From Haliotis rufescens (taxonomy: Eukaryota): 64,000 bases of DNA. Where the stretch lies: the NCBI RefSeq assembly GCF_023055435.1, contig NW_025964001.1:4092001-4156000 (forward strand), in the 5' to 3' direction. Each line of letters starts with the position of its first letter. Positions within the stretch are counted from its first letter, which is position 1. Under the pieces are notes generated by a model. It was not told the origin of the DNA and did no database searches. It saw only the letters and a list, made by a program, of their open reading frames with translations. The position numbers and the translations under genes are program-made. This document shows positions 13,576 to 25,110 of the stretch, piece by piece.

Positions 13576-16500
13576 CTAGGCCAGTTGTCCACATGAGTCG
13601 GATACCAGCTGATATTTAGGATCATTCCACGCCTGGTACCACACCGACACCGTGCACGCCATACGCTGCAGCAAAGAAACAAAGACTCACCAACCTAAAT
13701 AACAAAGACTTAATAAAACAAAACAAGCCATAATGAGAAATCTTATTTTCCCCGACACCATGTTTCTGAAGAACATGGCCCTTATCTCTGTTTACCTGGG
13801 GCATGCTGTTGCTGGCGGGACAGTCGGTGATTCCTTTGCCGGTGCTGTCGTCGTTGTTCATGCAAGAGGATGTCACAAGGTGAAGGTCAAACGAGTACTT
13901 CATGCCAGCCACAACCTGTAGACAGTCAAATTGATCTTCAACAACAGAATAACACGACCTTACGTCACATACCACACCTAGAGGTTTCAATGGTGTAGGC
14001 TTCCAAAGGTTATATCTTTGGAGCAATCATTAGGCGTTCCTTGTATTCCAACATGAACACACACGAATAGCCCGGTTTCAAGTAAACGGCCTTAAAGAGT
14101 GATAATTTGATGTTAAGGCTTAAGGGGACAATCTATTTGCCTAATATTTCATATAATCAAGCTGAGGGGTAGATCATTTCATTTCACGGTTGGTGATATA
14201 AAAATGTTGGGAAAAGATAGATTTGTATGACCCACGTCGCACTTAAACTTTACCAGCCTCCATATAGCTGGAATATTGCTACGTACGGCGTTAGACAACA
14301 AACAAATACACTGTGCCACCACTCCCATCTGATGTCTTAATTACCAATAATGACGTCTGTGTTAACAAAACTAAAGAGAGTGTATAAATACGTTAATTGT
14401 TATGACTTCTTATATTGTGCTGCGTGTCCAGATGTGTGGATACCAACAGTGTACATTCATAACGGAAGACGACCTGTGAAGATCCAGGCTAGAATAGGTC
14501 TTCAACAACCCATGCTTGTCGTAAGAGGCGACTATGCTTGTAAGAGGCGACTAACTGGATCGCATGGTCAGGTTCCATCCATACCAATCAGAGACCACAC
14601 CACAATTTGAGAACAAGGTATTTCGCTGAATTGGTTGATGCATGTCATCATGTCCAAAATGCGTGAATTGATGCTCATGATATCATTCACTGGATTGTCT
14701 GTTCCAGACTCGATGATTTAGAGACCGCCGTCATATAGTTTGACTATTGCTGAGTATGGTGTTTAACAAAACATAATGGACGACACAGCTTCGGTAGTAA
14801 TAATAGGGTGTCAAACGTTGCATCATTGGTTTATCCTTAGGGATTCCTTGTATTCCTTTTGATGAAAGAACTGACTGACGATGATCTCGTTCAGTGTTAT
14901 GGGGTATACCTGTTGTGTGACGTGGTCCACTTTCTCAGTCACCATCCGGAACATGTTGTTCATCTTTCCATTCAAAGCGTCTTCTACAAACGACACAGCT
15001 TGCTGCACTGGAGCCGTGAGATTGGCGGGCTCCACACCTCCCACAAAAAGACCTCTCTTGCTGACAGCGGAGCATTTGTGCTCTGTCACCTTCTTTGTGT
15101 TGGTCCAGGATTGGTACCATATCCTCACTTCACACATCTGGGTCTGGGGGTATACAGCACAACCATTAACAGAGTGAGTGAGTGTGCTTTACTGACAGTT
15201 TAAAAATACCACAGCTTTAGTTTGAAAGAGATCTTAAGAGCAAAAACAAAATATATAGAAATGTATAAAGCGGTGTTCTTCTTATGAAAAATGGCATACT
15301 CATTTTACATCTTCAATCTCATAGTGCCCAACTAGTTACAACTACTGAAAACAAATCTTAGCTCACCTTATCTCCATTCTGAAGACTCAGGGTAAGGATG
15401 TAGTTAATACCGGAGACGATCTGAAAGAAAGACATTTTTGAGATGTCGTGCGTCTGAATCCATTTCTTTGACACATACATGAATGGGTATAATGTGATGA
15501 TTGTAGGTCTACACGCAGAAGAAACGTTCCCAAGAACGTATTTAAACAATGTATTTCTATTAACTGTTCTTCAACACTATCCTATGCATTATTGAACAAT
15601 AATACACATTAACAGAAACATCCGTACTTGTTTTCTGGCGTTAACGACTTTGACTAGAGAGTTCTGTTCTCCTTGAAGTCCGTTGATCTCCGTGACAGCG
15701 AAGTTGGCCACTTCCTTAATCTCTGCACTGTTGACGTCCACAGCAGTGACGCCCCCGAGAAGACCCAGTGCACGCTTTGTCACCTGGGTACAGCTGTGCT
15801 GTGTCATCTCCAATTTGTTGAGCCAGGGCTGAGACCAGACCTTCACGTTACAGATCTGGGTCTGAGGGCAGACAGGAGACATAATGATCAGGTAACAGGT
15901 GTAGAATAGAGGCATAGTTGAACAGGTGTAGCGTTACAGGTGTACCGCTGAGAATGTTTCTAACTACTGTCCAGATCTTCACACTAGATCTAGATCTGCG
16001 GACAGACAGGGGGCTTATTAGTCAGGTAACAGTTATAGAACAACATAAAGTACATCATCCTCAAAACATTTAGTTTTAGAATGTATCTGACATCTATCAA
16101 AACAAATAATATAACAGGACTCACCTTGTCCCCTTCCTTAATACGTATGGCCAGGACGTAGTTCACTCCAGCAACAACCTGAAACGTTTGAAGAAACGTT
16201 TGAAGAAGTATAAAGGACATGCATTGTGCACTGTGTGTACTACCTGTATAATTATGTACTGCTTAAGAAATATCTTAGGTAAAGCTCAGGCAACCTCTCA
16301 CAATATTTGTCACAGAAATATCATTATTGCATGCTGCTTCTGGTATAGGCCTGATACAATACCATTTTCCTTGACACAAGTAAGCTTTGGTTATGGGACA
16401 TGTATACAGCCAAACGATCTTGTAGAATTATGAGTAATATGTACATGTGTAAAGTCAATGCTGGCCTTACTTGAGTTTTGGCTGAGATAATTTGCTCCAT

Positions 16501-19500
16501 GCTGTTCTGGGCACCCTGCAGTCCGTTGATCTTGCCGAGGGCAAAGTTGGATATGTTCAGTACTTCAAGGCTGTTGACGTCCACGTTGGTCAGACCCCCG
16601 GGCATCCCGTTCCGCTTGGTGGCGGTGGTGCAGCTATGGTGGGTCAGCTTGGTCATGTGGGTCCAGGGCTGGTCCCAGATGGTCAAGTCACAGATCTGGG
16701 TCTGTAGCAAAGTCATCGATTACATGACCGGGACGAGTGGTCACATGTATTGACTGGACACAGTGATCCATTACACGACCAGGGCGAGTGGTTAGATGTA
16801 TTGACTGGACACAGTGATCCATTACACGACCAGGGCGAGTGGTTAGATGTATGGACTGGACACAGTGATCCATTACACGACCAGGACGAGTGGTTAGATG
16901 TATTGACTGGACACAGTGATTCATTACACGACCAGGGCGAGTGGTTAGATGTATTGACTGGACACAGTGATCCATTACATGACCAGGACGAGTGGTTAGA
17001 TGTATTGACTGGACACAGTGATCCATTACATGACCAGGACGAGTGGTTAGATGTATTGACTGGACACAGTGATCCATTACACGACCAGGACGAGAGTATG
17101 TAAGATGTATTGACTGGACACAGTGATCCATTACATGACCAGGACGAGTGGTTAGATGTATTGACTGGACACAGTGATCCATTACATGACCGGGACGAGT
17201 GGTCACATGTATTGACTGGACACAGTGATCCATTACATGACCAGGACGAGTGGTTAGATGTATTGACTGGACACAGTGATCCATTACACGACCAGGACGA
17301 GTGGATGGATGTATTGACTGGACACAGTGATCCATTACATGACCAGGACGAGTGGTTAGATGTATTGACTGGACACAGTGATCCATTACATGACCAGGAC
17401 GAGTGGTTAGATGTATTGACTGGACACAGTGATCCATTACACGACCAGGACGAGAGTATGTAAGATGTATTGACTGGACACAGTGATCCATTACATGACC
17501 GGGACGAGTGGTCACATGTATTGACTGGACACAGTGATCCATTACACGACCAGGACGAGTGGTTAGATGTATTGACTGGACACAGTGATTCATTACACGA
17601 CCAGGACGAGTGGTTAGATGTATTGACTGGACACAGTGATCCATTACACGACCAGCGCGAGTGGTAAGATGTATTGACTGGACACAGTGATCCATTACAC
17701 GACCAGGACGAGTGGATGGATGTATTGACTGGACACAGTGATCCATTACACGACCAGGGCGAGTGGTTAGATGTATTGACTGGACACAGTGATCCATTAC
17801 ACGACCAGGACGAGTGGTTAGATGTATTGACTGGACACAGTGATCCATTACACGACCAGGACGAGTGGATGGATGTATTGACTGGACACAGTGATTCATT
17901 ACATGACCGGGACGAGTGGTTAGATGTATTGACTGGACACAGTGATCCATTACACGACCAGGACGAGTGGTTAGATGTATTGACTGGACACAGTGATCCA
18001 TTACACGACCAGGACGAGTGGTTAGATGTATTGACTGGACACAGTGATCCATTACACGACCAGGACGAGTGGATGGATGTATTGACTGGACACAGTGATC
18101 CATTACACGACCAGGGCGAGTGGTTAGATGTATTGACTGGACACAGTGATCCATTACACGACCAGGGCGAGTGGTTAGATGTATGGACTGGACACAGTGA
18201 TCCATTACACGACCAGGACGAGTGGTTAGATGTATTGACTGGACACAGTGATCCATTACATGACCGGGACGAGTGGTAAGATGTATTGACTGGACACAGT
18301 GATCCATTACACGACCAGGACGAGTGGATGGATGTATTGACTGGACACAGTGATCCATTACACGACCAGGACGAGTGGTTAGATGTATGGACTGGACACA
18401 GTGATCCATTACACGACCAGGACGAGTGGTTAGATGTATTGACTGGACACAGTGATCCATTACACGACCAGGACGAGTGGTTAGATGTATTGACTGGACA
18501 CAGTGATCCATTACACGACCAGGGCGAGTGGTTAGATGTATTGACTGGACACAGTGATTCATTACACGACCAGGGCGAGTGGTTAGATGTATTGACTGGA
18601 CACAGTGATCCATTACACGACCAGGACGAGTGGATGGATGTATTGACTGGACACAGTGATCCATTACACGACCATGACGAGTGGTTAGATGTATTGACTG
18701 GACACAGTGATCCATTACACGACCAGGGCGAGTGGTAAGATGTATTGACTGGACACAGTGATCCATTACATGACCAGGACGAGAGTATGTAAGATGTATT
18801 GACTGGACACAGTGATCCATTACACGACCAGGACGAGAGTATGTAAGATGTATTGACTGGACACAGTGATCCATTACACGACCATGACGAGTGGTTAGAT
18901 GTATTGACTGGACACAGTGATCCATTACACGACCAGGACGAGAGTATGTAAGATGTATTGACTGGACACAGTGATCCATTACATGACCAGGACGAGTGGT
19001 TAGATGTATTGACTGGACACAGTGATCCATTACACGACCAGGACGAGTGGTTAGATGTATTGACTGGACACAGTGATCCATTACACGACCAGGACGAGAG
19101 TATGTAAGATGTATTGACTGGACACAGTGATCCATTACATGACCAGGACGAGAGTATGTAAGATGTATTGACTGGACACAGTGATCCATTACACGACCAG
19201 GACGAGAGTATGTAAGATGTATTGACTGGACACAGTGATCCATTACACGACCAGGACGAGAGTATGTAAGATGTATTGACTGGACACAGTGATCCATTAC
19301 ATGACCAGGACGAGTGGTTAGATGTATGGACTGGACACAGTGATCCATTACACGACCAGGACGAGTGGTTAGATGTATTGACTGGACACAGTGATCCATT
19401 ACACGACCAGGACGAGAGTATGTAAGATGGATTGGTTGGAATTAGCTCAGCTTCTGTTTTCGCTATCCATGGCACATTGCCGAGTAAACTCCAAATATAT

Positions 19501-22500
19501 TAGTCCTCGACAAACACGGTTGAGCTGGAGTAGTTTGACGGGTTTATTAAACCCTCTCCATTGTCTAATAAATACTCATAAGACTATTCGTCACAAGAAA
19601 TCTCTGCTAAAAACACATTATTTTATACAAGACATACCTGGGTTCCATCAATCAGGCGGATCTTCAGAATGTAGTTGGTGCCAGCAACCACCTGAAATAA
19701 GATAAGATTGTTGTGTTGACGCCAGAGAAACAACTCAGATCTTCTCTTAATAATGAAATATAAACAATATCTGAAACAGTGAAATCAATAAACGAAAACA
19801 AACATCAAAATTTGAAAAGATGTTAAAATCGATACTGCAGTCGGAAACACATATTTATAAATTATGTCATAGCACACTATTTACTTTATAAACGGTGACT
19901 TAGCCTAGACCTATACCAGGAGACACCAATATTAGGTGAGTTATCGAAGAAGAATTTGTCACATGACAAATTATATCCGCCTTCTAAGATACCTGGGTCT
20001 TGGCAGAGATGACTTGATCCAGACTGTTTTGGGCCCCCTGTAGGCCGTTCAGTGTAGTCACAGCAAAGGTCGCCATCCTCTGGATATCTGTACGGTTGAC
20101 ATCGACGGAGGTTGGAGCACCAACAAGCACGGCCCGCTTGCTGCGTGTAGTACATGCATGATGGGTAACACGCTTGTCGTTCAGCCATGCACGTGACCAG
20201 ATGGTAACAGTGCAGATCTGGGTCTAGAACACATCACCGCAATTGTGTCATAAGGATTTGAAAAAAAGAAAATCAAACACAATCGTGGTGATTCAAGTAC
20301 AGAATCCGTCCCCATTACATGTGAACAGCCTTAACCATGGCAACACCATCTGAAATGGAGTCTCTGGTTCGAATCCACACATGGTAACATTGTGTTAAGT
20401 GCATTCTGGTTGCCCCGCCATATGGATGGGATAGTGTTAAAAGCGGCGTCATCAACATTTGACCCTACTCGTCTGCAACACTTCGCGGGACTCTAAAACA
20501 CCCCTATCTGCGTCCCATGGAATCGTCTGGACCAACAAGGACAGAAGCAACAACAGTTGGGATGATGTCTCCAGATGTTGATGGGGAGCAGACGTAGTGA
20601 ATGAGAATGAGAGAGCAATAATAACTATTAACTATTCATGTACATCGACGAATGCTTGTTTTTTACCAGTGGGATGGCCACAGGGAGAGAGAGAGACAGA
20701 CAGACAGACAAAAGACAGACAGACAGAGAGAGAGAGAGAGAGAGGGGGAGGGGGTATGCACAATTCTTCAGAGGCCGGGATCTTAAGGGCTGAGTCACCC
20801 AATAATGAGGACATGTAAGCTTAGTGAGTGCTGGCATATCAGTGTGTAAAAATCTGAAGAGAACTCACCTGCTGTCCGTTCTGTATCTCGATGGTCAGTA
20901 AGTAGTTGACGCCAGAGACAACCTGTGAAGAAGAAGAAGTAAAAGCTCAGCATCTGAAACACAACTCCGGTGTTCCGAACTCGGATATAGCGAAGTATAG
21001 GCCATCATAATATTGAGTTCAAATAATCAACATTGGAAAACATAGTACAGAACTATAAATCACACGCATTATAGTAAGCTGTGCAATTCCCTCCTGGTGT
21101 CGTTGATAAACAGTGAATGTTGTTTAACGTTGCAATTTGCAATTTCCCAGCAATATTATGACGATGGTAAGTAATCGTGTTTGAACCAGGCAAACCAGTA
21201 AGCGATAGCATGAGCAACGATCCGCTATCGGGGCCTGATGGCACGTTGTCAGAGCTTGACCAACCCCTCCTGTTGGCTCTTAAACCAAGCTTGGGATGCA
21301 GGAGACCTAATCTCCCCCAGAGTCCTCACCAGGTTCCCAACTAATAAAAATAAGGCTGTAATAAGTATGACAATAATAAAAAGACCAACCCCTGGATTTA
21401 CATGAAATGCGTTAGTTCTCAGAATAGATTATGTTTAGTTGAGTCAAATATACAATTTAATTTATTTTTATATGATGACACCCTAATATATCTTTTTTTT
21501 ATTCACGGTGCCTAAATTCAATCCCCAAATAGTTTATTGTCCACTTTTTTATAAGCATAAAATCTATTTATTCCGCAAAAACAAATGCTGGACTACCTCT
21601 TTGATAACATCAATGTACACTTTGGAGGTAGAACATTTGAGCAACATTTGTGCTCCCCTACTTGCTAATCTGTTTCTCTATGCATATGAATCGGAGTTTC
21701 TCTTCGGATTGGTAAAAAGAAAAAAAAGGGTAATTTATCTGAGAGGTTTAACTTTAACTTCAGGTATATCGAGGATCTGATGTTGTTCAATAACAATCAA
21801 AGAGCCAGTTCCCTTCCACTGTTTTACCCACCTGAACTAGAAATAAAGGAGACCAGTGAGACCGCCACGTCCATTTCATATTTAGATCTATGCATAAAGA
21901 TTCAGAGTGACAAAACATTCTCCACAAGACTGTATGACAAGAGGGATGACTTCAACCTTCCAATAGTCAACTTTCCCTTCATGTCTAGCAATATTCCTGC
22001 AGCTCAAGCCCGTGGTGTCTACTTTCACAAGTTTTGAGGTTCAATCGAGAATGGTCTCAAAATTGCAAAGAGCGTCATGCAACTCTTGCTTGGAAGTGGT
22101 TTGATGAAGGTTGCAACATTCAGGGCCTCAGTTAAGCTTTCAAATATTTTATGGTAGACATGTGGATGACATTTCCAAATTTGCCGCATCAGTGACAAGA
22201 ATGATGTCTGATGCAATTCCCTATTTTTTTCCCGTTCCCGTGTTTTTTAAGGTGAACAATTAACTTGCCATTGCATGTGTTTGTGACGGTTGCCACCGGT
22301 AGGGCAGGGCACGCTCCCCTTTTCGCGAACACCTGGTATCATCACTATTTGATAGTGATTCATAAACGGATACTTATGAAAACAGTCGGAATCACACAAT
22401 TAACTCTGCTTTTTGGCAAGCATGTCTTATTAATATGGAAAATAGATTGTCGCTTATATCTACACAGCTCTTAGCAATATTCTAACAATATCACGGCGGA

Positions 22501-22802
22501 GGACACTAGAAATGAGCTTCCGACATTGTACCCATTTCAGGCCTTCGCGTTAACCACTAGGCTACCCCGCCGTCCCTATTTACTGCAGAGGTAAAAACAG
22601 ACATATAGATACCTACTTGAGTTTTAGCATCCACTACAGACACCAGAGTGTTCTGTGACCCGAGGAGCGTGTTCAGCTGGGTTAGGGCGAAGCTTGCCAT
22701 CTGCTGAATGTCGTCCCTGTTCACGTCGACAGCCACGGGGCCGCCTATGAGTTGAGACGTGGCTAGTGGTAACACCACAAGGACCAGAGCTAGTATGTTC
22801 AT
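13576..22802 (-). CDS. Secreted five-domain multicystatin precursor (copy B, complete, 513 aa)
   Basis: Exons, all GT-AG and phase 0: 22617-22802, 20869-20922, 19993-20223, 19638-19691, 16471-16701, 16125-16178, 15628-15861, 15367-15420, 14910-15143, 13796-13915, 13576-13665 (1542 nt including TAG). Signal peptide MNILALVLVVLPLATS. Five QxVxG motifs formed across junctions (QVVSG, QVVAG, QVVAG, QIVSG, QVVAG). N-terminal G/GG in each domain, PW-like second loops (RAW, QPW, QPW, QSW, QAW) and paired cysteines. Linkers RSKR, ATKR, VTKR, VSKR. Confidence 0.9.
14468..14770 (+). mobile_element. SINE-like dispersed repeat (third family) in intron 9 of copy B
   Basis: GACCTGTGAAGATCC...CAACCCATGCTTGTCGTAAGAGGCGAC...GGATTGTCTG recurs at about 24377-24565 and 30527-30860, and on the minus strand at 45040-45300 and 55545-55810. 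Confidence 0.7.
16720..19428. repeat. 51/54-bp minisatellite (about 50 copies) in intron 4 of copy B
   Basis: Unit TGACTGGACACAGTGATCCATTACACGACCAGGACGAGTGGTTAGATGTAT, with a 54-bp variant containing GAGAGTATGTAAG. Confidence 0.97.
21585..22410 (+). mobile_element. Penelope-like retroelement RT fragment in intron 1 of copy B
   Basis: CAPLLANLFLYAYE, YPPELEIKET, SYLDL and LYDKRDDFNLPIVNFPFMSSNIP. The paralogous copy is at about 39585-41240, interrupted by a minisatellite. Confidence 0.75.
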
Positions 22803-22850
22803 TCTTTGTGTAAGTAAAGTGGAACTGTAAGCCCTACGGATATTGACTCC

Positions 22851-22970
22851 TATATATATGTGAAAACCGTCCCACGTTCAGCTGTTGTGTCCCAAGGTTG
22901 GTTGTGTGTGCGTGGTGATTGTCGTCTACTATGTCAGGTGACTCACGGCATCCGAGGTCAGCGATAACGT
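22851..22970 (-). promoter_or_regulatory. Proximal promoter of copy B (TATA box, AP-1/E-box-like and AGGTCA/GATA motifs)
   Basis: TATATATA about 50 nt upstream of the ATG, at the same position in copy A (7147-7155) and copy C (41692-41700). TGACTCA at 22939-22945. AGGTCAGCGATAAC shared with copy A. Confidence 0.55.
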
Positions 22971-24569
22971 TTTCTGTTGCTTAATATGAAGTATTACTTT
23001 CTACATGCCTGATGAAATGCCAACTGAGCCTAAATCTTAAAACAACACGAATCACTTAGATGAATTTCATTGAATCATTTTACGTTGATATTTGAATGAT
23101 AGGTAAGTAAAGGTAGATATTCATGTACTCAATTGAATTTTTCGTTTTTAGTTTTAAGGGCATATCGTAGGACAGTGGTGAAAGTCTTAGTATCTGTAGA
23201 TATGTTTCCTGGGGATCAGTTACCTGCCGATACTGGTCTTATCTCTGACGTAGATTAACCGTGTTTTTGTATGGACTTCGCAACTCCAATACATAAATAA
23301 AACATATTCTGATTACAGTTTTAAGTGTATCGGTCACTTAGTGCTGATAGCACGGAAACTGTACTCTGAGTTCGGATCTTTTCCTCTTGTTCTGTGTATT
23401 TGCATGATGAGATACAGGAGGCATAACATCAAAACTGTCTTGGTTAACTTGAAGATAATATATTTTAAGAATTCAAACAATACAAACAAAAACATGTTCA
23501 AAACAAAAATATGTTTCAATATGTAATTTCAGTATTGATTGTTTTGTTATTGGGGGTTTGGGAAGATTTTAGGTAAGTTCCTAATTAAGAGGTGTCATTT
23601 TGCTGGCCCCCTGATCTTCCACATGAAACACGTTATTTAGATGGGTGTCCTTGTTTGAAGAGACAACTGATTCGAGAATCAGTGGAGAGCTGTAGGCAGC
23701 GTCGGTGTATGTCTATGGCCTCATTCCATGTATCATTATCATCAGTGCTTCAGGCCTGGGATTATTATCGATTTGCCTCAGTAAATGCTTAAAAACATAA
23801 ATTATGGTACGATTCCGACTATGTCATAAGCTTATGTGTAGGGGTAGTGCAGTGCGGCGTCAGGCAATAAATACATATATTTTTCTGCAAATTGTGTGGA
23901 TGGCAGCTGCTACCGGTAGGGCAGGACATGCTTTCTATTTTTGCGACCACCTGGTGTCATCACTGATTTTCAGTGGTCTGTTACGCCGAATAGAATCCGT
24001 TTCAAGACTGGTTATTCTTTTGTATTGACGTTTTATATGCACTTGAACGGGGACGATGTTTCTGCTGGTGGACTGAAGTCCCCGAGTTTAAGCACATGAT
24101 CAGTAGCATGTGATGGAACTGGGTCACTGACATAAAAAATGTTACTTCAAAACTGTCTCCCAAAGGTTATTCTCTTGCATTGAAAGTTTATATATATTAT
24201 GATCATGAAAGGGTTTTGTCACTTTTATTTGACCTTCATTTGACCTACGTCAGAAGAAATCTCTATGTGTGTATCAAATAGTTACGATACCACGTGTTTG
24301 CAAAAAGGTGAGTCTATCCTACCCCACCCTTGGCACCATCACAAACACATGCAAAGGCAAGTCCATTGTTCAGCTGACCCGTGGAGATCCAGGTTAGAGT
24401 TGTTCTTCAGCAACCCATGCTTGTCATAATAGGCGACTAATGGTATCAGGTGGTTCAGGCTCGCAGACTTGGATGACGCATGTCATCGTATCCCAATAAC
24501 GTGGATCCATGCTCATGATATCAATCACTGATACAGACTCGATTATTTACAGACCGCCGCCATATTACT

Positions 24570-25110
24570 TTAGCTGCAGGTATAACGATGATGTGATATC
24601 ATTCTATAACAATCAAATAGTCAATTACCTTCCACTGATTTACCCACCTGAACTAGAAATAAAGGAGACCAGTGACACTGTGAGACTGTATGACAAGAGG
24701 GATGACTTCAACCTTCCAATAGTCAACTTTCCCTTCATGTCGAGCAGTGTTCCAGCAGCTCCAGCCTCTGATGTCTGCATTTAAAGTACAATTGAGCATG
24801 CTCTTTCTAACAAGATCTCAAAGAGCATCATACAACTCTTGCTCAGAAATTGTTTGATCAAGGTTACAACATTCAAGACCTCAATAAAGCTTTCAGAAAG
24901 TTTGATGGTAGACATGTGGAGGACATTTCCAAATTTGACGCATCAGTGACAAAAACTATGTCCATGCAATTCTCTATTTTGACTTGTGCCACCAGTTGGG
25001 CAGGATAGCTCACCTTTTTGCGAACACCTGGTATGATTACCATTCGATAGTGATTCATAAACACATGCTCATGATATAGTCGGAATCGTTTATTCGACTC
25101 TGCTTAATGC
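24570..25110 (+). mobile_element. Penelope-like retroelement RT fragment
   Basis: RYNDDVI...YPPELEIKET...LYDKRDDFNLPIVNFPFMSS. Confidence 0.7.

Noticed and set aside
16720-19428. CRISPR-like appearance of the long regular arrays (also 39810-40905, 50162-51170, 59925-60689)
   Set aside because: Units are head-to-tail with no unique spacers, there are no cas genes, and the context is eukaryotic introns and intergenic DNA.
16688-19475. 903-aa and 920-aa repetitive ORFs (MDHCVQSIHLTTRPGRV / SWSCNGSLCPVNT)
   Set aside because: They are products of a 51/54-bp minisatellite whose unit lengths are multiples of 3. They lie within a cystatin intron, the frame continuous with exon 5 is the closed one, and the paralogue has only about 8 units.
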